Below, piece after piece: positions 38,126 to 46,406 of a DNA stretch of 56,527 nucleotides. How positions within the stretch are numbered: the stretch's first letter is position 1; the number at the start of each line of letters is the position of its first letter. The notes under the pieces were generated by a model. It was not told the origin of the DNA and searched no databases. It worked only from the letters and a program-made list of their open reading frames with translations. The position numbers and the translations under genes are program-made. Origin of the DNA: Acidimicrobiaceae bacterium (GTDB lineage Bacteria > Actinomycetota > Acidimicrobiia > Acidimicrobiales > Bog-793); contig PLPK01000035.1 in NCBI GenBank assembly GCA_003159795.1, positions 1 through 56,527 of the forward strand, given 5' to 3'.

Positions 38126-38875
38126 ATGCCGAACACAAGGTTCCTGCGATCCCCCGTGACGGCGATCGTGCTCGCGGTGCTCGCGTTCGCGACCGCGCTC
38201 AGCGCCCTCGGCTACGCGCTTTCCCGCTCCTCGACTCCACTGCGGTCCGTCGGAACCATCAGCGTGACTACCGACGCCCAACTGAGCGGCGCGCCGGACA
38301 CGCTGACCGCGAACTTCGCCGTGACGGACACGGCGAGCACGGCGGCGAGCGCGCTCGACCAGAACAACTCCCAGATGGCACAGCTCCAGGGAGTCTTCAT
38401 CTCCGCTCGCGTTCCGAAATCCGCCCTGCGGACGAGCGACCTCAGCGTGTCACCGACCTACAACAACTACGGCACGGTCACCGGCTACCGGACCGAGGAC
38501 GACCTCACGGTCACGTTGCACGACTTCGCCAAGGCGGCCAAGGCGATCGACGCCGCGGAGAACGCCGTCGGCAACGACGTCCAGATCAACGGGATCTCGT
38601 TCTCACTCTCGAACAACTCAAAGCTCCTTGCCCGGGCGCGTGTTCTCGCCATGCAGCAGGCGTACGCCGAGGCGAAGAGCTTCGCCGCCGGGGCCGGGGA
38701 GAAGGTCGGCGCGGCGATCAGCATCTCCAACCAGCAGCAGGTCACGACGCCCCTCCCCTTCGGGTACGCCAACGCCGACAAGCTCGCCTTCGCCGCCGCC
38801 GAGCCCGTGCCGATCCGGGCGGGAACGCTCAAGATCAGCGTCCACGTCAACGTGACCTACCGCCTGCTCGGCTGA
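38126..38875 (+). CDS. SIMPL (DUF541) domain protein
   Basis: N-terminal anchor, PD, LRTSDLSVSPTY, INGISFSL, C-terminal VNVTYRL. Confidence 0.9.
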   Translation: MPNTRFLRSPVTAIVLAVLAFATALSALGYALSRSSTPLRSVGTISVTTDAQLSGAPDTLTANFAVTDTASTAASALDQNNSQMAQLQGVFISARVPKSALRTSDLSVSPTYNNYGTVTGYRTEDDLTVTLHDFAKAAKAIDAAENAVGNDVQINGISFSLSNNSKLLARARVLAMQQAYAEAKSFAAGAGEKVGAAISISNQQQVTTPLPFGYANADKLAFAAAEPVPIRAGTLKISVHVNVTYRLLG

Positions 38876-38936
38876 ACCCGGCCGCCAGGACGCCAACGAT
38901 CAGCCCAGCGGCGAGCCCGGGGCGGCGACCGAGCCC

Positions 38937-39173
38937 CTAGGTCTCCTCGCCATCGAGCGACTCGGGATCGTCGAGCAACGCACCGAGCTCGGCCGCCTCG
39001 ACGACGTCGAGCGGCGGGATCTCCTCCTCGGCCTCGTCGTCGAAATCGACCTCGCTGTCGCGGGCCGCGACCTCCGCGGCGTCCTCACGCTCGTAACGGG
39101 GCGAACCCTCCACGACGGGCACGTCGTCGAGCCGGACCGTCTCGCGGGACCTGCGTCTTCGTCGTAGCATCAT
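38937..39173 (-). CDS. Small acidic hypothetical protein
   Basis: GGAGG RBS; Arg-rich N-terminus then D/E-rich body ending ELGALLDDPE. Confidence 0.6.
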   Translation of the reverse strand: MMLRRRRRSRETVRLDDVPVVEGSPRYEREDAAEVAARDSEVDFDDEAEEEIPPLDVVEAAELGALLDDPESLDGEET

Positions 39174-39317
39174 CGGACCTCCCCATCCACTCTGCCGCGC
39201 GCGGCCGTCTGATGCCCTTCGGCCGGCGTGACCAGGCACGACGCAACGGCGTGAGCCCGCGGCCCCCGGCGTGGGAACACACCGCCCACCGGGGACCGTC
39301 TCGGGCGTCTAACACGG

Positions 39318-40379
39318 TCAGGTGGCACGCAGCTCCCCGGCTATCACCGCGACGAAGGCGTCGACGTCCGCCTCGGTCGTGTCGAAGGCGGTCATCCAGC
39401 GGACCTCGCCGGTCGCCTCGTCCCACGTGTAGAAATGGAACCGCGCCTGGAGCCGGCGGCTGACGACGGCGGGTAGGCGGGCGAACACCGCGTTCGCCTC
39501 GACCGGCCGGGCGATCTCAAGACCGGGAAGGTCCCGCACCCCGTCGGCGAGCCGCCGCGCCATGGCGTTGGCGTGCTGCGCGTTCCGCCGCCAGAGGTCT
39601 CCCTCTAAGAGCGCGCCGAACTGCACCGAGACATAGCGCATCTTCGAGGCGAGCTGCATCGACGCCTTCCGCAAGTGGAGCATCCCCCGCACCGCGTCGG
39701 GGTTGAGGACGACGATGACCTCGCCGAAGAGCAGCCCGTTCTTCGTCCCGCCGAAGGAGATGACGTCGACCCCGACGTCGGTTGTGAACGACCGGAATCC
39801 GGTCCCGAGCGTCGCGGCGGCGTTGGCGAGGCGGGCCCCGTCGATGTGAACCTTCATGCCGTAGTCGTGGGCGCGCTCGCAGATGCGGGCGATCTCGTCG
39901 GGCGTGTAGCACGTGCCGAGTTCCGTCGTCTGGGTGATCGAGACGACCCGTGGCGAGGCCCGGTGCTGGTTGTCCCAACCCCACGCCTGGACGGCGAGCG
40001 ACTCGGCGGTCAACTTGCCCCCCGGCGCCTCGAGGGTGAGCAGCTTGATCCCGGCGACCTTCTCGGCGGCCCCGCACTCGTCGGTGTTGAGGTGCGACGA
40101 CGTCGCGCAGATCACGGAGTCCCAGCGGTCCGTCATCGACTGCAGGCCCACGATATTCGCACCGGTTCCGTTGAAGACCGGATAGGCCTCGGCCGTGTCG
40201 CCGAAGTGGCGCCGGAAGATCTGCTGGAGGCGGGCCGTGTAGACGTCGTCGCCGTAGGAGTCCTGGTGCCCCTCGTTGGCGAGCGCGATCGCGGCGAGGA
40301 CCTCCGGGTGGACCGACGCGCAGTTGTCACTGGCGAATCCGTGGAAACCAGGGTCATGAAGGCGGGTGGCATCGGTCAC
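39318..40379 (-). CDS. ltaE: Low-specificity L-threonine aldolase
   Basis: FASDN, YGDD, FNGTGAN, HIDGARLANA, FGGTKNG. Confidence 0.93.
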   Translation of the reverse strand: MTDATRLHDPGFHGFASDNCASVHPEVLAAIALANEGHQDSYGDDVYTARLQQIFRRHFGDTAEAYPVFNGTGANIVGLQSMTDRWDSVICATSSHLNTDECGAAEKVAGIKLLTLEAPGGKLTAESLAVQAWGWDNQHRASPRVVSITQTTELGTCYTPDEIARICERAHDYGMKVHIDGARLANAAATLGTGFRSFTTDVGVDVISFGGTKNGLLFGEVIVVLNPDAVRGMLHLRKASMQLASKMRYVSVQFGALLEGDLWRRNAQHANAMARRLADGVRDLPGLEIARPVEANAVFARLPAVVSRRLQARFHFYTWDEATGEVRWMTAFDTTEADVDAFVAVIAGELRAT

Positions 40380-40451
40380 GACGAGAGATTAACCGTGGGT
40401 GCGGCGGGGCTTCGCTGGGCCGACAGCGGGTGGGTGACGCGGAGGGACCGT

Positions 40452-41522
40452 TCAGGAACTCGTGAAGGTCGTGAGCTCGCCCACGAAATCCGACGCGTAC
40501 TGGAAGATGCTGGCGTAACCCGCGCCCGAGAAGATGATGAGCCGTGAGTGCGCGATCCGCCGTGCGAGCTCGCGGGCGTTGCCGAGGGGCATGACGGCGT
40601 CGTCCGACCCGGCGAAGATCAGCGTCGGGATCCCGATCCTGCCGAGATCGTGCGCAACGGCGCTGTTGCGGTACGTCTTGGCGACGAGGGCGGCCTGTGC
40701 CTCCACCGCCGGAGCGGTCACGTCGTCCGGGCTGATCTGGCCCAAGTCGGTGAGCCAGCTCACGCGTGCCGCCGAGGCGGTGACGGGGAAGAACAACCGC
40801 GAGAGCTCCGGCATCGTCGCCGACGGCGAGGCGATGAGTCGTGAGACGGCCGCGGCGGGCCGGAAGGACCTGGGTCCGCCGGCGGTCGCGTCGGCGAGGA
40901 CGAGGCGCCAGACCAGGCCGGAATGCCGCTCGACGAGCGACATCGCGATCTCGCCGCCGAAACCCCAGCCCACGACGGTCGGTTGGGACAACCCGAGCGA
41001 CCAGATCAACCCCGCCGTCAGGTCGGCAAGAAACGGCACTGTCTCGGCATGGGGGCTCGGCTCGGAGTAGCCGATTCCGGGCAGGTCGAGGATGGTCACC
41101 CGGTAGTACGAGCCGAGCTCGAGGAGCAACTGCGGGTCCCACGACGTCATCGACCCGTGCTCGCCGGTGATGAGCAGCAGGTCAGGCCCCGAACCGAACT
41201 GGCGGAAGGCGATTTGCAGCGACCCGGGCCCCAACATCCCGTCGCCGAGGAGGCGCGGTGCCAAGCGTCCGGGCGCGACGGGGAGCACGGAGACGCGCTC
41301 GACGGAACCGAGCGTCGAGAAGGTGCCACCCGCGGCCGAGCCCGTGACGAGCGTGACGACCGGCAGCGTCGTCGTCGGCACAGATGCGGCTTGCGAACCC
41401 TGCGCCGTGGAACCCTCGCCGCATGCCGCGACGGCGCAGGCGATTACGCTGACCGCGCCGAGGAGACCGACGGAGCGCAGACGGCGCACGGGCGTGCCAT
41501 CACGCCGCAGCCTCGTGGTCAA
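40452..41522 (-). CDS. Alpha/beta-hydrolase-fold lipoprotein lacking catalytic Ser and His
   Basis: Lipobox VAAC; DLPGIGYS; GWGFGG instead of GxSxG; GAGYA instead of GAGH. Confidence 0.85.
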   Translation of the reverse strand: MTTRLRRDGTPVRRLRSVGLLGAVSVIACAVAACGEGSTAQGSQAASVPTTTLPVVTLVTGSAAGGTFSTLGSVERVSVLPVAPGRLAPRLLGDGMLGPGSLQIAFRQFGSGPDLLLITGEHGSMTSWDPQLLLELGSYYRVTILDLPGIGYSEPSPHAETVPFLADLTAGLIWSLGLSQPTVVGWGFGGEIAMSLVERHSGLVWRLVLADATAGGPRSFRPAAAVSRLIASPSATMPELSRLFFPVTASAARVSWLTDLGQISPDDVTAPAVEAQAALVAKTYRNSAVAHDLGRIGIPTLIFAGSDDAVMPLGNARELARRIAHSRLIIFSGAGYASIFQYASDFVGELTTFTSS

Positions 41523-42904
41523 CCGGCGCGTCGCAGCGAGCCCTTGACGAGCGTCTTGCCGAACTCGACGAGCAGCGACGAGTTCTTCTCGGCGTCGGTG
41601 AGTACGTCGTCGAGGGCAGCGGCGAAGTAGTCGACCTCGTACTGGCCGATGATGAGCGGTGGAAGGAGCTTGACAACGTTCATCGAGTCGGCTGCGACCT
41701 GGGTGAGGATCCCGTGCCGGGTGAAGAGCGGTCCGACGACGATCTGCGAGAAAAGGCCCGTGCGCGCCGCCTCGAGCAGCTTGAAGCGCGTCCGCTGACG
41801 GAATGACTTCGGCTCGCCGAAGACGAGCCCGATCATGAGACCCTTGCCGCGCACCGAGTGGAAGACCTCGTGCCGCTCCATGAGCGGCGCGAGCGCCTTG
41901 TCGAAGGCATCGCCGTTCATCCGGGCGCGGTCGACAAGGTTCTCGTCATCGATCGTGGCGAGCGTCGCGAGGGCGGCCACCATCGCGAGCTGGTTGTTCT
42001 TGAACGTCGAGGAGTGGACAAGCGCCCGGCTGATCGACGAGTAGACCTTGTCGGAAACCTTCGTCGAGCACACCATCGCGCCGATGGGGATGAATCCACC
42101 CGAGAGCGCCTTCGACATCGTCACGATGTCGGGGACGAGGCCGTAGTGCTCGTGGGCCCAGAGCCTGCCGGTACGGCCGAGGCCGGTCTGCACCTCGTCG
42201 GCGATGAGCAGGGTCCCGTAACGGCGACACAGCTCCGAGACGGCGTCCCAGTACTCCTGCGGCGCGACGTAGACACCGTGGCCCTGGATCGGCTCGACGA
42301 CGAAGGAGGCGACATCGCGGGATCTGAGCTCGCGTTCCAACGCGTCGGCGTCGCCGAAGGGAACCTGGGTGAAACCCGGGAGGAACGGCCCGAAACCCTT
42401 GCGGAACTCCGCACCGCCGTTCGCCGACAGGGCACCGAGCGTGAGGCCGTGGAAGCCGTGTTCGCAGAACAGCACCCGGGACCGGCCCGTCGCGTGCCGG
42501 GAGAACTTGAGGGCGGACTCGATCGCCTCGGCCCCGGAGTTCGTGAAGAACACCCGGCCCAGGCCGGGGTGGCAGCGTTTCAGCACTTCGCTCGCCAGCA
42601 CCCCGGGCAACAGCGCCGCGTCCATCTGGATGAGGTTCGGCAGGTCGGCGTCGATCGCTTGGTGGAGCGCCTTCTTGATCGCCGGATGGCTGCGGCCGAG
42701 GGCGAAGACCCCGAATCCGGACAGGAAGTCGAGGTAGCGACGGCCCTCGTCGTCGAAGAGATAGGCGCCCTCGGCGCGTGAGTAGAAGCGGTCAAAGCCG
42801 ATCGAGCGGAGGACCTTCACCAGCTGGGGGTTGATGTACCGGCTGTAGAGCCGGAAGTTCTCACCCCTGTGGCTCGCCAGCACCTCGTTGAGATCGAAGC
42901 CCAT
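41519..42904 (-). CDS. Class III aminotransferase, HpnO-like (aminohopanoid synthesis)
   Basis: LDFLSGFGVFALGRSHP, NSGAEA, FHGLT, EPIQG, DEVQTGLGRTG, SKALSGG; N-terminus INPQLVKVLRSIGFDR resembles HpnO from memory. Confidence 0.85.
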   Translation of the reverse strand: MGFDLNEVLASHRGENFRLYSRYINPQLVKVLRSIGFDRFYSRAEGAYLFDDEGRRYLDFLSGFGVFALGRSHPAIKKALHQAIDADLPNLIQMDAALLPGVLASEVLKRCHPGLGRVFFTNSGAEAIESALKFSRHATGRSRVLFCEHGFHGLTLGALSANGGAEFRKGFGPFLPGFTQVPFGDADALERELRSRDVASFVVEPIQGHGVYVAPQEYWDAVSELCRRYGTLLIADEVQTGLGRTGRLWAHEHYGLVPDIVTMSKALSGGFIPIGAMVCSTKVSDKVYSSISRALVHSSTFKNNQLAMVAALATLATIDDENLVDRARMNGDAFDKALAPLMERHEVFHSVRGKGLMIGLVFGEPKSFRQRTRFKLLEAARTGLFSQIVVGPLFTRHGILTQVAADSMNVVKLLPPLIIGQYEVDYFAAALDDVLTDAEKNSSLLVEFGKTLVKGSLRRAG

Positions 42905-43080
42905 CGCCATCCTCCACGCGTCGAAGGCCCCAGCGTATAGGCAACACACCACTCCGCACGGGGCACGCACGGCCGGGTGATATTGTCCGCAAAAGTGCGA
43001 GCTGGGCCCTGTCCGCGACGATTGATGCCCATGGCCCGGGCGGGGCACGATCCCGACGGCACTGCTTCCAGGGTGAATCA

Positions 43081-45078
43081 TTGACTCCCGCCGAAAGGCG
43101 CCGAGGGGATGCCGCGGGCCACTGGCCGACTGGGGCGAGGGAACCGCGAGAGTTTTTGCCGCGCCCTCGGACCCGGTTGCGGCGCTACGGCCCGCCGGTG
43201 CTCTGCGTACTCGCCTACACCATCCTCGCCGCCTTCGTCTACGGCGTGCACCCCCCCGCGACGAGCGCCACTCTGCCGCCTTGCGCCTGCGGTGACATCC
43301 CCCCGGGCGTCTGGTTCCTCGCCTGGCCGGCGTACGCGCTCTCGCACGGCCTCAACCCCCTGTACACGAGCTGGGCCGACGTTCCCTACGGCGTCAATCT
43401 GATGAACAACACCTCGACGCCGCTGCTCGGCATCGTCTTCGCGCCGTTCACGCTCGCCTTCGGAGCCCTCTCGACCTACAGCCTGCTCATGCGGACGGCC
43501 TTCGCCGTGTCGGGAATCTCGATGTGTTTCGTGCTGCGACGCTGGACCAGATGGTGGCCGGCCGCGTTCGTCGGGGGGCTCGTCTACGAGTTCTCGCCCT
43601 ACATGGTCGGCCAATCCCAGTCCCACCTCTTTCTCACCTTCCTCCCGTTTCCCCCGATCATCGCGGTGCTTCTTGAGGAGTTGGTCGTCCATCAAAGGCA
43701 CCTCCTTCGTAACGGCATTCTCTTGGGACTGGTCGTCGTGGCACAGTTCATGATCTCCGCCGAGATCCTGGGCATTACTCTCTTCGCAGCCGCCTGCGCG
43801 CTCGTCGTGATGGCCGTTCTTCACCCGGTCGCGACTCGCGAGAGGATCGGAGGTCTCGCCCGCGGCGCGGCGGCCGCCGTCGTCACCGCGGTCGTCCTCA
43901 GCGGGTACCCGCTCTGGGTCTACTTCCGCGGCCCCTACCACGTGTCGGGTCCCCCCCACCCGATCGCCCAGCTCGAACAGTACGAATCGAGCCCCGGTTC
44001 GCTGATTTTTCCGACCAACCTCGAACACTTCGGTTTTGGCAGCTGGCTAGCCAAGGGGATGGCGCTGACCCTGAGGAACGGCGTCGAGTCGACCACCTAC
44101 CTCGGCATCCCGCTGCTCGTGTTCCTCGCTTTCCTCATCGCCCGCTGCCGACGGGTCGCCCACGTCCAGTTGTTCGCCCTCGTCGCCTTCGGGGCTTGGG
44201 TGATCACGCTCGGGGCCGATCGGCATGGCATCAAACTTCCCTACGACCTCATCGCAAGGATCCCGCTCCTCAACGGCGCGCTCGACCTGCGTTACTCGTT
44301 CCTCATGTACCTCGGGGTCTCGATCATCGTCGCCATCGGGCTCGATCGGATTAGACGGGAAGGCATCCTCGCCGGCCTCGGCCACTTACGCCCGCAGCCG
44401 GTCACGCGAATCGAGGCCCCCGGCCACCCGGCGTCGTCGCAACCGGGGCTCCGACAGCAACTCGCCCGACCCCTCGGCTGCCTCGGGGTCGCCGCGCTCG
44501 CGCTTGCCCCACTTCTTCCGGCCCTCCCGTACTCCTCGACTTCGCCCGAAGTTCCGGCGTTGTTCACCGCGGCGAACTCCCCCCTGCGATCCGGATCAGT
44601 TGTCCTCTCCTACCCGTTGCCCATCGGCTACGAAGGCTCCAACGACCAGGCGCTGCTGTGGCAGGCCGCCGCCGGGATGCGCTTCAAGCTGATCGCCTTC
44701 CGCGGCGCGGTCTCCAACCGGCCGGGAGGCGAGCCCCTGCGAGATGCCGCGCTTCTCCTGCTGCCCTATGCCGCCGAGAATGCCCTCGTCTACTGGCTCT
44801 ACGGGCGACCGAGCCCACCCCCGCTGAACGACGCGGCGACTGCGAAGGACATCCGGATCTTTTTGCGCCGCTACCAGGTCGGCGCTATCACCGTCGTGCC
44901 CCAGGGTCCCCCGGTTGGACGAGTGCTCGCCTATTTCGAAGCGGCGCTCGGCGTGCCGCCGGTCACCTTCCACGACTCGTACATCTGGCCCGACGTGCAG
45001 CGAGACCTGCGACGGCTCCCGTCGACCGACCGGACCGGGAGCGGGGTCGCTTCTCCGGCGGCGACAGTCGGAGGATGA
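43081..45078 (+). CDS. Polytopic membrane protein, GT-C/YfhO-like glycosyltransferase
   Basis: About 11 TM segments; WFLAW, GLNP, PYGVNLMNNTS, FSPY, YLG motifs. Confidence 0.75.
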   Translation: MTPAERRRGDAAGHWPTGAREPREFLPRPRTRLRRYGPPVLCVLAYTILAAFVYGVHPPATSATLPPCACGDIPPGVWFLAWPAYALSHGLNPLYTSWADVPYGVNLMNNTSTPLLGIVFAPFTLAFGALSTYSLLMRTAFAVSGISMCFVLRRWTRWWPAAFVGGLVYEFSPYMVGQSQSHLFLTFLPFPPIIAVLLEELVVHQRHLLRNGILLGLVVVAQFMISAEILGITLFAAACALVVMAVLHPVATRERIGGLARGAAAAVVTAVVLSGYPLWVYFRGPYHVSGPPHPIAQLEQYESSPGSLIFPTNLEHFGFGSWLAKGMALTLRNGVESTTYLGIPLLVFLAFLIARCRRVAHVQLFALVAFGAWVITLGADRHGIKLPYDLIARIPLLNGALDLRYSFLMYLGVSIIVAIGLDRIRREGILAGLGHLRPQPVTRIEAPGHPASSQPGLRQQLARPLGCLGVAALALAPLLPALPYSSTSPEVPALFTAANSPLRSGSVVLSYPLPIGYEGSNDQALLWQAAAGMRFKLIAFRGAVSNRPGGEPLRDAALLLLPYAAENALVYWLYGRPSPPPLNDAATAKDIRIFLRRYQVGAITVVPQGPPVGRVLAYFEAALGVPPVTFHDSYIWPDVQRDLRRLPSTDRTGSGVASPAATVGG

Positions 45079-45104
45079 GGCAGCCAATCGGTAGCCTCAC
45101 CGTG

Positions 45105-46406
45105 ATGGCCGACAGCCCCGGGGCGTCGTTCTGCTTTGTCCACGCGGCCGATCTGCACCTCGACACGCCGTTCCGCGACGTCCACGACCTCCCGCCGCTC
45201 GTCGCCGATGCCCTGCGGGAGGCGTCGCTGCAGGCGTTCGACTCGATCGTCGAGCTCGCCCTCGAGCGCCGGGCCGCCTTCTTCGTCGTCGCCGGCGACA
45301 TCTACGACGGCCCCGAGCGCGGCCTGCGCGCCCAGGTGCACTTCCACCGCGGGCTCGCGCTGCTGGCCAGTGAGGGGATCCCTAGCTTCGTCGTGCACGG
45401 CAACCACGACCCGGTGACGACAGGCTGGTCGGCGATCAGTTCCTGGCCGGAGGGCGTGACGGTCTTCGGGGCGGACTCGGTCGGCCTCGTCCCGGTCGAA
45501 CGTGACGGCATGGTGGTCGCGACCGTCCAGGGCATCAGCTACGCGACCCGGGAGACGACCGAGAACCTCGCGCTCCGCTTCCGGCGGCCCGACGGCCCGG
45601 GCGTCCACGTCGGCGTGCTGCACTGCAACCTCGAAGGGGCCACCAACCACGATGCCTACAGCCCGTGCAGCCTCGACGACCTGCGACGGGCGCGCCTCGA
45701 CTACTGGGCGCTCGGCCACATCCACACCCGCCGGACGGTCGCCGGGACGGGGCCGGGGGATCCCTGGATCGTCTACCCCGGGAACAGCCAGGCCCGCAGC
45801 CCCAAGCCGAGCGAGCAGAGCGCCAAGGGGGCAGTCGTCGTCCACGTACGCGACGGCGTCGTCGATGACGCCGAGTTCGTGGCGTGCGACCGCGTCCGGT
45901 TCGAGGAGATCGAATGCCCGATCGAAGACCTCGCCGACCCCCCGGCGCTCGTCGAACGCCTCGCCGATCTCGGAACCGACCGCGTCACCGCGGCCGAGGG
46001 CCGCTCCGTCATCCTGCGCGCGCGTCTCACGGGCCGGGGCGAGCTGCACGCCGTCCTCGCCCGGCCGGGAGCCCCCGGCGAGACCGTGCGCGAGCTGCGC
46101 GAGGTCTCCAGCCTCCGTTGGCCGTTCTGCTGGTGGGATGAGCTCCGCGACGAGACGCGCGGGGTGATTGACCGCGAGACGCTGCGCGGGCGGGGCGATT
46201 TCGCGGCGGACCTCCTCGCGCTCGCCGAGGGCACCCAGCTCGACCCGGCCGCCCGGGCGGAGCTGGCGGCGGGGCTTGTCTCGGAGGCGCCCCACGCCTT
46301 CTCCGCTGTGCTCGACGGGATCGTCGGCGACGACGAGCGGTTCGCCCGGCTCGTCGAGGAGGCGACCACGGTCGCTCTCGACTCGGTCGCGGGTGACGAG
46401 CCGTGA
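45105..46406 (+). CDS. YhaO/SbcD/Mre11-like metallophosphoesterase nuclease
   Basis: HAADLHLD, AGDIYD, GNHD, LH, ALGHIH, YPGNSQAR. Confidence 0.93.
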   Translation: MADSPGASFCFVHAADLHLDTPFRDVHDLPPLVADALREASLQAFDSIVELALERRAAFFVVAGDIYDGPERGLRAQVHFHRGLALLASEGIPSFVVHGNHDPVTTGWSAISSWPEGVTVFGADSVGLVPVERDGMVVATVQGISYATRETTENLALRFRRPDGPGVHVGVLHCNLEGATNHDAYSPCSLDDLRRARLDYWALGHIHTRRTVAGTGPGDPWIVYPGNSQARSPKPSEQSAKGAVVVHVRDGVVDDAEFVACDRVRFEEIECPIEDLADPPALVERLADLGTDRVTAAEGRSVILRARLTGRGELHAVLARPGAPGETVRELREVSSLRWPFCWWDELRDETRGVIDRETLRGRGDFAADLLALAEGTQLDPAARAELAAGLVSEAPHAFSAVLDGIVGDDERFARLVEEATTVALDSVAGDEP

